A stretch of DNA of 64,000 nucleotides from Saccostrea cucullata. Its lineage: Eukaryota. The translations under genes and the position numbers were made by a program. This document shows positions 36,303 through 52,676 of this stretch, piece after piece (position 1 is the first letter of the stretch; every line of letters begins with the position of its first letter). Below the pieces are notes generated by a model. That model was not told the DNA's origin and did not search any database. It saw only the letters and a list, made by a program, of their open reading frames with translations. Location of the stretch: positions 248,001-312,000 of the forward strand of contig NW_026929586.1 in assembly GCF_032062105.1 (NCBI RefSeq). The letters are read 5' to 3'.

Positions 36303-39300
36303 CTAGGAACTTTTTTGCTTACTTGGCCAAGCTTTGTAAAGCAGAATGATAGAAGAAATCATTCCAAATATTCCATTCTGGAAGCGTGACAATTTTCCTG
36401 ACCACAGGACTAGCCCTGGAGGTAGCCAGCTGATGGCATTTGTGAAGTCAGCCATGTCTTGGATCAAGGTTAGATAACTCTCCTGAATCTCCCTAACCAC
36501 AGTTGTCTTTCTTTCTGATCTCACCTGATCTTCACTACATGAAATGAATACAAGATTATAAAATAATGTAATTTATACATAATTATGGTTTAATGTTACT
36601 CCAAATGTATCACAATAATTTTAATTACTGTATACAGGGTTATTTTCTCTCCTTGTTATTTTCAATCTTCTGCACTTGCCAACAATTTTGCCCCTTTTAA
36701 ATTTGCCAAGTCAAAGTTTTGTTTGAGAAATAAGGCTACATGTTCTTTGAATTTTCCCTGTTTTATTTCACCCAACTTTAATCAGGGCCAAAAGGTAAAA
36801 ATAAAACAGGGGCAAATTCTTTTCTGTATATACATTAAGTAATATAAGATTAGCAATAAACATGTTATGTAACATTTACATGCTCCTTGCTTCTGTCATA
36901 AATTAAATGATTTTAATTCTTTTAGAAAAAATGTTTCATTCAGAGTATTTTTTTTTCTTTGACAAATCAAAGGCTTATACAAACTTTATCCAATTATTAA
37001 CAGTTCAGCTGTGGTGATAAAAAAGGGAAAATTTCGAAATTTACCTTCGCAAGATACCTTCAATAAACTCACCTTTCTTCCGAGGACTGTAACAATGTTT
37101 GTTTCCTAAGTTCTCTGAGTTCCTTCTTTAAAGACACTATTTTTGCAACCATTCTGTAGCATAAGGAAAAGTGTTATCTTTTTTTTTAATTTTGTAACAA
37201 TTTTTTCACTGTAACTGTTTTTTTGGGCCCCTATTGAGGACTATAAATTTGCAGAGATGTTTTTGGTGTAATTGTAAGGGGGTTCCAATTAGGCCTTCAA
37301 AGGGAAACACAAGAGGTAATTCACATGATGAGAAATTGACTAAGGTTATTGTATATTATAGTCATTAAAATTGTTAAACAATTATGAGGATTTTTGTTAT
37401 GTCAACATGATAATTTAAATCCTCAAATTCACACCTAGTACTGGCACTTTTTAAAACTAATGCCGATTCCTTTGGTACAAGTATTCCTTATTCATAGTAT
37501 TGACCTCAATAACAACAATAATTTTTATATTTTAAAAATTTGTTCCTAGTATATATTTCTATACTGATAATTAAAAGTCTTATATTTCAAATGTTTTAAT
37601 GTCAGCTGGCAAAAACACCTATGTTTGACTGCTGTCAGAGTGAGATTTGGTTTAAGATTAAGAAGTATTTTATTCATAATATACAAAAAAGTATACAATG
37701 AACATGGATTTAACAGCAGGCCAACAGTCTATGTTAGTTCTTTCCAGTTCTGTCAGAGTGAGATGTTGGACTTGTTGATGAGATACTGGACTGCTTACGA
37801 CACACAATGTCCGGAGCTTAATTTCATTTGCATCCGTTGGTGTTCAACACTGACAGACCTGAGGTTACATCATAGAAGACAGTACAACATGCATGTTATG
37901 TCCCAAAAAATTAAAATAAGAGGACGGGGTATAACAAAACATTTATTGACTGTGTCTTGGGCACAATGTGCATTGTTGACCCTAAAAATCAAATTGTCTG
38001 CCTTTGGCCTTACGGCCTCAAGCAAACATTTTGGTTCTTGAGTTGGACAAAATGCATGTTGCCCTCCAACAAAGTCAATAAATGTATAATATTGTAAAAT
38101 ATCAGAGAATTTGATGATGAGATCAAAACTTTTGCTTCTCTCTAAAATTGAATTCTTTATATCAACTGTGTTTGCTCTGACATACATGCAATATGTCTTA
38201 ATTATTGTACACTTAAAAAGAAAATTACTTGATCATGTCTGCAAACAGAGCTACTGCCCAGGCCACGATACTGCCGACAACCCATTTCCATGGTGTGAAG
38301 GAAGTGAGTACTTTTTTATCAGCCAGCCAATAGATGTGCTCCACAGGAAAGAAGATTTGGTACGTTATGTTTGTGACCAGACTCATCAGTCGAACCAAGG
38401 GGTTCTTTTCCTGAAAAAAAAATCACAAAATGAGTTATTACATGCTCTACGTATGAATAATTTCTAAAAAAGGTAAATTTTTGACAAGTTGATGAAACAA
38501 GAATATCTGCAGTCCCGTTTAAAGTCATCATTTTGTAATTTCTATGGTCGATACAATGACCTTGTCAGCAAAATAGTCAAATGCTGATTGATTGTTTGTC
38601 CATTATTTATACACTGATTTGATGACAGATTTTTCCGTGATTTCCCGATCATGACAAGGAGTACATGGCGAATGTGACTGATCAGCAGGGGATGCTCATT
38701 CCTTCATGGCACCTGATCCCACCTATGATGTTTTGGAGGTCCATGTTTCAACTTTGCTCTGCTCCTATTTTATATTGTTTTATGGACTTCTGATCTTGAA
38801 AACTGTTTGTTATCTCCATATCTTTCATTTTGAATTAAAATGCATTCTGTCATATGATACTGTAAAAATTTGAATTTTAAATCAAAATTGCATTCTTGAG
38901 AATCGTACCAGTTTTGATAACAGGTATACGAGTAATGATCATTTTTTAAATGTTTTTAATTTTAACAAATAAACTTCAGTTTGAACATGTTTAAGGTAGA
39001 TTTCAGAGAGAGGGTTGTGATTAAACTCTTTAAAGTGTGACACACATTTACAGAAAAAGAAGACTAGTCTCAATAGTAAACAGATCATATGAGTTGATTT
39101 TTCTACCCTTTTGAAAGAAAATAAATAATAGAAAAAGTTTTACTTCGGTTTCAGCATGTGAAAACCATATGGAATCGAAATCAATAGTAAAAAGATCATA
39201 TGAGTTAATTTTTCTACCCTTTTGAAAAAAAATAATAGAAAAAGTTTCAGTTTAGTTTCAGCATGCGGAAACCATATGGAATTGAAATCAATTGTTTCTG

Positions 39301-40981
39301 GAAACTGAAATCTACTGAAACTAAAAAGTATCGTTAAATTGACATTTCATTAAATTTTACATTGGTTTCTGTTTTGCCGAAACTATTTGGAAACAAACCT
39401 AATAGTTTCAGTATACCGGAAACCCTATAGAAACTTGCTGAAACTATTATATAGTTTCCGCATTGCAGAAACCATACGGGAAACTTCAATGCCAAGTTTC
39501 AGCAAAGTTTCCGTATAGTTTCAGTTTTGTGGAAACTGGACTTTTCACCCAGTGACTTTGATTTAAATAGATGTTTTTTCATCATGTACATGGTGAATAA
39601 TAAAACCATACTCACAAAACAACTTTCATCTTTGCTAGCCAGGTGTCTGATTCATTTAGCCTCATCTTGATTCCCTTGACATTTGGAGATGAGGGTAAAT
39701 GAATCTGACACATGGCTAGCAAAGATGAACAAGCCCATCATTCCATTTTACAGGGTTCGACACTAACGTTAGTCCGTTAGTCTCAGACTAACGAATTTTA
39801 TGTCGGACTAATAAAATCTGCGCCTAGTCAGTCCGATCGGACTAATTAAAATTACTGCTTGTATGAAAAATTATCCATGTTCGATTTGCGACATTTTGCT
39901 GGAAAACCCCAAATGTATTTTTAGCTCTTTATGCATGGCGGGAGGTCAAAAGTCCTGATCAAAAAGACGCTTATTTGCATAGTTGAATGATAAAGATTAT
40001 GGTAACTGTTTCAGTGATCATGATTTAGTAGTTTGACACGCAGGCCGCAATTGAGAAACAGAAAATTTCAGAATTTTTTAAACTGGATACTGACAATGTT
40101 AAGAAGCGAAAGTTAGACGTTAGTATTGAGAAAAAAGATCGGGAGTATGAACGGACTCGCTATTCCCGTTATTTCCAGGAATCTTTGACAAAGAATCACT
40201 ATAATAAAAACACTATACAAATTATAAATATTTCATCATTTATTTCTCTATTTTTGGCGGACTAATAACATTACCCGCAGACTAATAAAAGTTATAGGTC
40301 ATTAGTCCGGCTGGACTAATGCATAAAAAAGTTAGTGTCGAACCCTGAATTTTATTGTAAAATATTGTTAGACCAGAAAATACATGTATCCTTGCAAATA
40401 TTTTCATCTAATTTATAATTATAATGATTATACATATTTACAAATATCTTGACAATTTCATAACGCCTGATACCTTTACTTTCAGACTGGGTTATTGAAA
40501 ATGTGTAGGCTATTTAATTCTGCCCCTAATTACCTAGTGATGAAACTTTATCTTTTTTTAAATTTCAAAGTTATAATACTCCCCCCCCCCCACCCTCCCC
40601 CATTTCCCCACTTGCAAATAATTATATTTTCCCCCTCAACAAATCCAATATTCGTAAAAACTGAATAATACACAAATGCATCAGTTTGTATTAATCATAT
40701 ATAAAGCAAACCGAAAGTAGCAATCAGAAATCACACATGGTTCAATAAGTAGATCGTCCCACCTGCGCACCTGTCCCGTACTTCAAGTTAGAAAACAACA
40801 TAGAAAGGTCGTCAAATAATCGCATGGTGGTTCTAGCACCACCTAATTCCGCGGAAATGGTCAGTAATTTCTTGTGGAAATTCCCCTGCCCACTGCCTCC
40901 CACGCACATGGCGGCATAGGTACACAAACGAATAATTTTGTCCCTCCCTCGATAACTCTCCAGCATGCGGACGAGCTCCAT
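36303..40981 (-). CDS. PEX11G: Peroxisomal membrane protein 11 gamma (PEX11C-like); exons 40981-40763, 38410-38229, 37153-37073, 36534-36303; 237 aa
   Basis: MELVRMLESYRGRDKIIRL..Y, ARTTMRLFDDLSM, QIFFPVEHIYWLAD and DFTNAISWLPPG..LWSGK....NGIFGMISS are PEX11-gamma-type motifs. All three introns are GT-AG with matching phases (0, 2, 2). Confidence 0.93.
36626..36836. mobile_element. Degenerate TA-flanked MITE in PEX11G intron 3
   Basis: TACTGTATACAGGGTTATTTT...AAAATAAAACAGGGGCAAATTCTTTTCTGTATATACA has imperfect inverted ends. A similar start occurs at 26161. Confidence 0.5.
38465..38828 (+). mobile_element. Penelope-like 3' fragment in PEX11G intron 1 (antisense to the gene)
   Basis: TTCTATGGTCGATACAATGACCTTGTCAGCAAA followed by the shared 3' module. 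Confidence 0.8.
39625..39729. repeat. ~105-bp palindromic element
   Basis: TTCATCTTTGCTAGCCA.GTGTC.GATTCATTTA.CCTCATCT is mirrored by AGATGAGG.TAAATGAATC.GACAC.TGGCTAGCAAAGATGAA. Confidence 0.85.
39751..40347. mobile_element. Non-autonomous hAT-like DNA transposon
   Basis: Perfect 17-bp TIRs CAGGGTTCGACACTAAC / GTTAGTGTCGAACCCTG and subterminal TTAGTCC/GGACTAA repeats. The TSD is only degenerate. Confidence 0.8.
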
Positions 40982-41404
40982 GTTTACAAATAAAGGCCTA
41001 CTCGATTTACTGCGCCTGGGCAATATCTGTAACGCAGTGCGTTTGATTTAGTGACCCCGTAATGTTCTTTTTTTGGCTCTCGATTTTTTTTTAAAGGTTC
41101 AGTTGTTAGGTATATATGTATATGTGATATATGTATATAAAATAAATTACCAGACCATGCAAGGAAATAAAACACTTTTAAAAACGGGAAGGGATCTGGA
41201 TCGAGTGTGATTAGAATAATGAATCAAACGGGGTCTCGAAAATGGTTCATATGACATCATTATATTTAGGATAAAACGTTCTGATTAGATCAAGTGAAGC
41301 CGCTGGTATTCGCTGAGTTTACATCATGATATTAAACTTGAATCTATACTGCCTCAAGTTGGATTCTTTAATTTTCAAAAGAAGATGTTTAGAAAAAAAA
41401 AACC

Positions 41405-41928
41405 TAGCCGCAGAACTGTAGCTCTCCGAAATTTTTATTTGACAGACCGGAAAGCTAAAGTGCCACCCATTGAAAAACTGTATATTTTATTGTGCACAAA
41501 AAAGTGTGCTCGGTTCGATCTGGATTAATTTTTTCCAAATTCTCACCTCAGTTGCAAAAAAGCTGGATTTCAAAAAAGTCCTTACTTCTCTATCAAGTAC
41601 TCTCGTAGTTTACATCCATACGAAACACGTTGGACAGAATTATCTTGCAAACCAAAATGGCAGTATACATAGGCGATATTTTCAGGGCCGAGAGTGCTAT
41701 TATAAACAATTATAATGAATGTTTTGTTATGGTAACAGTGACAGAATATGTTAGAAACACACAGTTGGTAACATTTTGAGATAGCAGTTTTAAAAACACG
41801 GAGAAATAAATCTAGAAACAGCGCAACTTTTTTGCGCAATAAATATACAGTTTTTTTTAAATGGGTGGCACTGTAGCTCTCCAGTCTGTCAATATATATT
41901 TTTTCGGAGAGCTAAAGTTCTGCAGCTA
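41405..41928. mobile_element. MITE with ~105-bp TIRs, TAG...CTA ends and 3-bp TSD (Academ-like)
   Basis: TAGCCGCAGAACTGTAGCTCTCCGAAA...GTGCCACCCATT mirrors AATGGGTGGCAC...TTTCGGAGAGCTAAAGTTCTGCAGCTA. ACC flanks both sides. Confidence 0.78.
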
Positions 41929-42796
41929 ACCATACCCATAGACATGCCATACATTTCCATTCTAACATGATCTTAATGTCTAATGTCTCTATGTGGCCTC
42001 TCAAGTCTTGGTTTGATTTTAGATATGATTCATACTTTCTGACCCAGCTATATGTTTCTTGTGAAGATAATGTTTTATTTAAGATACTCGCCCAAAATTT
42101 GCCTTTTCTAGATTTTTTTCCTTTTTAGAGAGAATCTTGTCCTTCATTCGAAAATAAAACCCCGAATAAGTAGTTACATGTATTTATTATTTCTACATGT
42201 TCTAGTATGAGTGACAAGCAGTAAGAAAAAGAATTAATTAAGTCTTACATATCGCTGGGCCAAAAATAAAAAAAAAGATTGTTTTGAGAAAAGTCTTATC
42301 AAAATACCCATATTTTCTAGAGGAAAAATCCAGAGTTTAATTAAGAAGTGTATGGCTAAACAAATACGAGTAATTGCATCCCGACCTAAAAATGTATGAA
42401 TTGACAAAACATCAACAGAGTATACATATCGAACTATTGCAACACATTTATACGTACCTCAAGTTCTCAACCTAAAATCTTTTTATCTTTACCATGTTTA
42501 CCTGACAATACTTATTAATGATGTTGAACTTTGGCCAAACTTAAACTTATTTATATGAACCAACTGATACCGGCACAGATTAAATACTGTGTGTCAAGAT
42601 GAAATATACACTCTTTATATAATTTAGCTTGCCTGGCAACCTTCTGATTTGAGATAAATAAAAAAAAAAGACATTCAACTGACAATAAGCCTGTTAAATT
42701 GCACAATGTGCCATCTAAAAACTGTACACAAAATCCAATATATAATATTAAAACTACATGTAATACCAATAGCTTCTGATTTACTGAGTACATGTA

Positions 42797-43166
42797 TGTT
42801 ATTAATATGGTTATATTTTTTTTTTAAAAAAAGGCCGGGGGAAAAATACAGCAGGTATAATTTTTGTCAGACGACATTTAGAATGTCAATTTTAAAGAAT
42901 ACAGTTCCGCAGCGATGTTTCGGGAAAGGAGGATAGACCTGCCGGTATACGCTGAAAATTATGTTAAAAATTTTATTCCATGAAACCTAAAGACTGAATG
43001 CTTCAATCAAACCAACAGGCAAACAACAAGGTTTTTATCAACCCTCCTTGCTGCGGAACTGTATTCTTTAAAATTGACATTCTAAATGTCGTCTGACAAA
43101 AATTATACCTGCTGTATTTTCCCCCCGGCCTTTTTTTAAAAAAAAAATATAACCATATTAATAACA
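42797..43166. mobile_element. Near-perfect long inverted repeat / MITE (arms 42797-42913 and 43050-43166)
   Basis: The ~117-bp arms are essentially exact reverse complements, separated by a ~135-bp spacer. Confidence 0.88.
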
Positions 43167-43230
43167 AATATTTTATCAAAGCATTATCAGTTTAAAATAT
43201 CACACCCTGACAAGATAACACGACTTTAAC

Positions 43231-46640
<3,410 letters not shown>

Positions 46641-49600
46641 CAATGGCAGGAAAAATAACAATTTATCATTTCAACCAACGAAGTCTATGTTAACAATATG
46701 AGAATATTTTATCTTATTAATTATGTACATTTATTTTATGATTAATTGTAAGACATTTGTTTGAAATAAATGTAGAAGAAAAACTTGAATGAAAAGGACA
46801 TATTAATAAAAATAGAGCATTTCTATTTGGTAACTCTTTGATGAATGATATACCTAAAGTCTTAGAACATGGAACATTATAATTCAAAATGTTTGTTTTC
46901 AACTTGATCCACATGAATGATTTTTTCCCAAAATTTTGTTTATTTCTTGTAATTCAATGTAATATCCTGATTGAATACCGTTTTGTTATTTGTAAACTAC
47001 ATGTATAAGAAAGAACAAGGTGTGATATCAACCGAATTTGGCCCCATATTTTATGTTAAAATCTAAACACAGTTTAAAGTGTGTTTTGTTTTAAAACCAG
47101 CATTAATTTTAATATAACGAGTACAGGGTGGTCTCGAGAGGGTGCCAAAGTAGGACATGCTATTTAATTTTCTCCATTCTAATGGAATTTCGTCAAATTT
47201 GAGATACTTTTTACTTCAGAAAACATAAAGCACAACCTTGTCTATCTAAGATTCATATACACAAGAAGAATCTGATACTAGTGTACGAAACACATATTAA
47301 GTTTATATAAATTTGGTTGATAAGCAAGCTAGTGCTCCGTGTTTTCTGTTCAAAATGTGCAAAAAAAGAAGAATTTGCATAAATATGTGAAAATTCTTAA
47401 CTTGACATATTTCGAGACTTTTCCTTGATAATTGTGTATCCAAAAACTCAGACTCAAAATATGACCCAAGGATACGTAGAAATATAAAAAAGACTTTTAA
47501 AAGGAACGTAAACCTTAGGGTAAAACAAACATTACACTGGAGTTTCAATATCCTTGTTGCATCAACATAATTTTATTAGCTTGCGTTGGGCTAAAATTGA
47601 TATTACTAATTATGCTCATGCGCATGGAATCAGTTGGGAGAGCCAAATACCATATGCCGATGTTGTTCGAATTTACTGAATAATTAAGGGAAGTTGCGAT
47701 GCAAAAGCAGCAGCCGCCGATCGCATTTGTTTTACTCTAGATCTTTATTTAGTTGTTTGCCTTTCTTGGTCAATAGGCATTGAAACTTTTGATTTTAGGT
47801 AGTGTCTTGTATTTTAAGATAACTTTGACATACGTACTAAGTAGACAAATAGTGAAAAGTATAATGTATGAAAAATATGGAGATAACAAACAGTATTCGA
47901 TGTTGCTCTAAATTGTTACAGGATTTGTATCTATTGTTCTTTGCAACTGACAAAAAATGTGATTGTTGATCACGAAATTGTCGCCTCTATATCGAGAGTG
48001 TTTAGGTTGAGCATGTTGAGTTGGGTTTCACCATTTTCTTCATGTGGTACACAATGCATTATTGTATTAATCAACTGTTAATGGTTTTCACAGAAACACT
48101 AATATAGATTTCTAGATAATTAATGCATGTACAATGAAGGAAAACATTATATTATTATTATATCATTATTAAAATGTATATACACACAAATGTATATACC
48201 AAAAAAAAAATAAATTAATACAGAAAGTAACAGATGTGACTGACTGTTGTTCTTTTCACCATTTATAAAAGAAAAACTCTATAGGGGGGACAATTACTTC
48301 TTCCTATTTTCACTACGAAGAGTTATAGTAACTGTTCTTGAGTCTTGCGTTGAGTGAAAAAAAGTTTTTAACTATTGAATCAAAGTTTCATGGTATACAT
48401 AAATATGATGTAAGTATGCAAATAATTTTTTGAATTCTGATGAGCAAATCCTAACAAAGCTGCAGATTATTCATTTTATTGTTGTAGATACAATAGCGAT
48501 ATAAATATATAATATATATGTGAAATCCACTGAGACATAAAATAGTTGTGCCATAATAAGTGTCAAATGTATCATGAAACAAGCGCCTGTTTAACCCAGA
48601 AGGTATGTATATAATATCAAATGATTTAGTCGAAGCACAAATTAGTAATGGTACCAAACAAAACGTCAAATTTACATGTATAATGAAACAAACACTTTTT
48701 TAACCTAGAAGATATGAATAAAATCAGACTTTTGTTATTTAAAAAGAGTAAGCATTTAAAAATCTTTCAATATTCTTTTTAAGAATTTGTCATAGACTTG
48801 TAGAAAGTCAAACATTGTCCATTTCACAAACATAGGGATGCACTGCACTAAGGCAATAATCGTCATCCCAGACTCCATGGCCATTAATCGTAACACAGTT
48901 CTGTGAAGTGGCGCCATCTGGCCGTATATGGAGACCTATATAATAAATATAGGTAAAGGGCTGGTCAAATTATTCCAATTTAAAAACATTTTCTTCTGCA
49001 ATGTCGGATCCGCCAATCCATGCTTTGTCTGCAGAAAGAAATAAAAGTGGGATCAGGTGCCTGGGAGAAGTAAGATGCCCCTGTTTAATACAAGTTTTGG
49101 CTAACCTTTATAATTAGTCATGGATATTTTAGTCTTCATTCTTTAAAGACAAAGACGTTAGGTTGTTAGAACCGCTTTGACTCTTAAAAACACCTTGAGA
49201 ATGTTATGTTTGCTTTTATGCATACGCCGAAAATTCGTCTATTGAAGTAAAACGTTTATATAGGGGAAGACCTAAAATTTATGAATTTATAATAATAAAA
49301 CAATTCTTTTAATGAAATCTGGAGACACCCAGATAAGGATTTTTTTATTATTTAAATTTGTTTTTTATTTATATATTTTTTTGATTTTTTAGAATCATTT
49401 TATAAAAGTCTCATTAAATATATTTCGTAATATTTTGAAGTAATTAATGTAAAAAAAATTGTGTTAAACAAGAGTTTCGTTTTTTGCTTTATTTGTTTTC
49501 TAGCTCTTTCTTTCATTAGGTCATCATTGGTTCCAGAAATTATCTTTTAGAAAATAGTCTGTAAAACATTCATAAATTAAAAAAAATCATTATTTCATAA

Positions 49601-49871
49601 AACTCTTGGAATATAATATGGTAACAGAATTAATCTCTGTCTTCATTTTTGAGATTATATGTACGTTATTTTTGGTTTGAATCAAACTTGTGATGATTTC
49701 CCCCCTTTTCGGGTTCTCATAACGCTGAGCATTTTGCAAAATGACATTGATTATCGCAATGATAAACTGACTGACCTTCTTCAATTAAGCAATAATATTT
49801 ACATTCAAATACAATATCATTAAAGGAAATGCTTACTGAAGTTCTCATACAAATTGTTAGAGATTTATGTA

Positions 49872-50194
49872 CCCTATTAAAAAATACTATAACTAACTGT
49901 CTATAATAGTTTACTGTAATAAACTATAGTTAACTTTAGCAAATCAAACTGTCAAAGTTATCACTACAGTAAATCAAAGTTTTGAAAGTGTTCACTATAG
50001 TGTCAAAGTGTTCACCATAGTAAATTAAAATCATCATAGAAAAATCAAAGTTTTTCCATGGTAAATTTCCACGGTGATTAACATGGTAAATCAAAGTGTT
50101 CACTATAGTAAATCAAAGTGTCAAAGTTTTCATAGTGTCAAATGTTCACTATAGTAAACTACAGTTAACTATAGTATTATTCATTTTGATAGGG
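49872..50194. mobile_element. TA-flanked MITE with internal minisatellite
   Basis: TA|CCCTATTAAAAAATACTATA ... TATAGTATTATTCATTTTGATAGGG|TA. Internal CACTATAGTAAATCAAAGTG units. Same family as 1-161. Confidence 0.75.
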
Positions 50195-50214
50195 TAAACA
50201 CAGGACTGTTGAAA

Positions 50215-50408
50215 GATTTTTTTCATTATTTCCCGATCATGACAAGAAACACACGCTGGATGAAATCTGTTATCAGGGGATGCTCAATTCTCCATGGTAC
50301 CTGATCCAACGTCCGATGTTTAAGAGGTCCGTGTTTGCTCTGCTCTTGATTTGTACTGTTTAATTGACCCTTGAGCTAGAATATTGCTCGTTATCTCAAT
50401 ATTTTCAT
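50215..50408 (+). mobile_element. Solo Penelope-like 3' module
   Basis: TTTCCCGATCATGACAAG...CAGGGGATGCTCA.TTCTCCATGGTACCTGATCC...GAGGTCCGTGTTTGCTCTGCTC with no RT sequence. Confidence 0.75.
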
Positions 50409-51721
50409 ATAAAAAATATGGTAATATAAAAGCTTACTTTGACTATTGTTAAGAAAAAATGTTTCAGCTATCCAGGCATTTTCTTCTTCTGTTCCAATCT
50501 CAATTAAATATCCTCCAAACACTTGACAAATTAATTTGAATACAAAACAGAACAATGAAAAACTCGCATATACTCATTAAAAGACGTTTTTTTTTTATAT
50601 GTTATCTCGGGTATGAAAAAGACGAATGGTTATAGCTGTTAAAACCTTTGAGCCTAAAAGGAAAATATAAGATCCGAAAATTTCAGGCTTTCTATCCTCC
50701 ATCTCATCATGTCTGCTTCGTGGTTAAGATGCATCTTTTATCAAAGAACTTAAATTAAAACTGAATATTTCCAGTGATACAGTGAAAACAATTTTTCTGA
50801 TAATTTGTTATCCGGCTCCCTTTGAATACCGATTTTATTTTCAAATTTACAACTATTTACATGTTCCGGGTATGTTCTTTAACTGGATTAGTGGACGCCA
50901 TGTCCGTCTGTCTGTTATGTTTTGGTACCCATCTCTTATCCGCAACTCCTCTTATACCACTGAGTGAAATTTGAAGAAACTTTCAAGGAATCTTTATTAC
51001 ACATTGCCATTTTGTACCTCCTTTTTTACTTTTTGATCTGACACATATTTTTGGTTTCCCACAACAAAACATGGACACTCCATTTATATTCATATGGGAG
51101 GCGGGGGTATCATTTAGTGAGCTCACTGCTCACAGTACCTCTAGTTTTAAAATAGTTTTAAAATGAGGTACATCGTCAATGATAGGCGACCAATTATTTG
51201 TTTATACTAGTATTGGAAACAAGGTCAAACTTTCTATCATTGTTTTTAAAATTATTTTAAAATGTGCGTGGTTAATTCGAAATATTGTATGGAAAATAAA
51301 ACCCATTTCTTATTTTTTTTATTTCAAAATATTTTATTAATTTGTTGTTACGTACTTTTTTCAGATCTGCAGAATACAGATTCCTCTGAAATAACAGAGT
51401 CACTCAGGAGACTCAATGAATTGAATTTTGCTTAGTGCATTCTGCTGCACACCTCAATGCCTAGCTCTGGCTCATTTCATTATAACCTCCAAGCAAACCT
51501 ACAACACTTTTTTCTCCATAGTTATTTTTCCTGAATTAATGCTTTTAAAAAAATTGTTTATTTGGGGAGGAAAAATAAATACTTCCTATTTCCATTATGG
51601 AAAATTATAGTAACAGTTCTTAGTTCTTTTGTGAAAAGTCAAAAATATGCGAATTTCATGGAATTATGTAAAAACGAATTTCATAGAATTATGTAAAAAA
51701 AATAATGTACAAAATGTAAAT

Positions 51722-51866
51722 ATAAGAGATGAATTTAATTTTTGAAGATTCATGTGGTATATGAACTACAACGCTTCACGCCGGCATATTTATCGTGAAG
51801 CGCCGACGTGAAGCGTCGTAGTTCATAACATCATGAATCTTCAAAAATTAAATTCATTTTTTAAAT
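51722..51866. repeat. ~145-bp palindromic element (second copy at ~56625-56770)
   Basis: ATGAATTTAATTTTTGAAGATTCATG...ATGAACTAC.ACGCTTCACG is mirrored by CGTGAAGCGTCGTAGTTCAT...CATGAATCTTCAAAAATTAAATTCAT. Confidence 0.85.
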
Positions 51867-52676
51867 AAATTTAATTTTCAGGCTCTCTTATGTATGTATA
51901 TTTATTCAGTTCTTCTTTTCTTAACCTGGAAAGACAAATATCCGAGATTCTTGGATTGGATTCTTTCTAGTAAATGAATAACTCTGAAAGCTTAAGTAAA
52001 ATAAACCGTACTCAAAATAAAGCGCTAGATTCCCATATAACTGACTGATCATTTTTAATAACAATTGCACAAATAAGTATACAGCACATCTTCTGGATCT
52101 GTTGGTAAATGATATGTGTGCATTTGACATTGAATAGATCGAAAGCTAGGCCCGAAAACAAGCATAAAATCAAAGATTATATTTGTTGAAAGAAAAAAAG
52201 CGTTTTTTTTTCAATTTCTCAATAATCTTCTTTAATCCTTCTGAGGGAGAATAAAGTTATGTCAATGACGTCGTCAAGGATGCCGAACTATGACGGCAAT
52301 TGAGGCGTAAAATAACTGTGTCAGAAATAAGCGTCAAATCAAGAACGAAACAAGCACCTGTTTAACCCAGAAGGTGTTGGATTTTTTTTTTATTCAAAGA
52401 GAAAAAGCATTTAACAATCTGTCAAAAAAACTGTACGTGTATATAAGTTGGCGTATTCAAAATTTAGCGTAATCACTGGGTATGGAATTGTTTGCGTAAT
52501 CATAAATAAGCGCTACACATGTCCGTTCACTGTATTGTTTATGTAATTATATCTCAGGGATATTCATGAATTAGCGCATTGTTGTCTGCGCCAAAGCCGC
52601 TAAAATATGAAGCCCGCTTTTTAAAGTACACATACAGTATAGTCTTGTAAAAATGTGTTATAGATTTCGTGGGAAA

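Larger units (their letters stand above)
48808..51560 (-). pseudogene. Decayed tandem duplicate of the PAN + C-type lectin gene
   Basis: The last exon (49028-48808) has an in-frame TAA (ENVFKLE*) and QPD changed to RPD. The acceptor of the exon at ~50534-50438 is AA instead of AG. No counterpart of exon 2 was found. The exon-1 relic at ~51357-51560 carries deletions. Confidence 0.82.

Noticed and set aside
37750-37858. C/D snoRNA-like segment (TGATGA...CTGA inside a CTGTCAG/CTGACAG stem), and ORFs 37625-38041 and 38111-38467
   Set aside because: It is antisense to the PEX11G host intron, box C is imperfect and far from the stem, and no guide target is recognisable. The ORFs have no protein motifs, and one is the antisense of a PEX11G exon.
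40982-41023. N-terminal extension MPRRSKSSRPLFVN on PEX11G
   Set aside because: It starts at a non-ATG codon. The ATG at 40981 has a good context and matches where PEX11-gamma homology begins.
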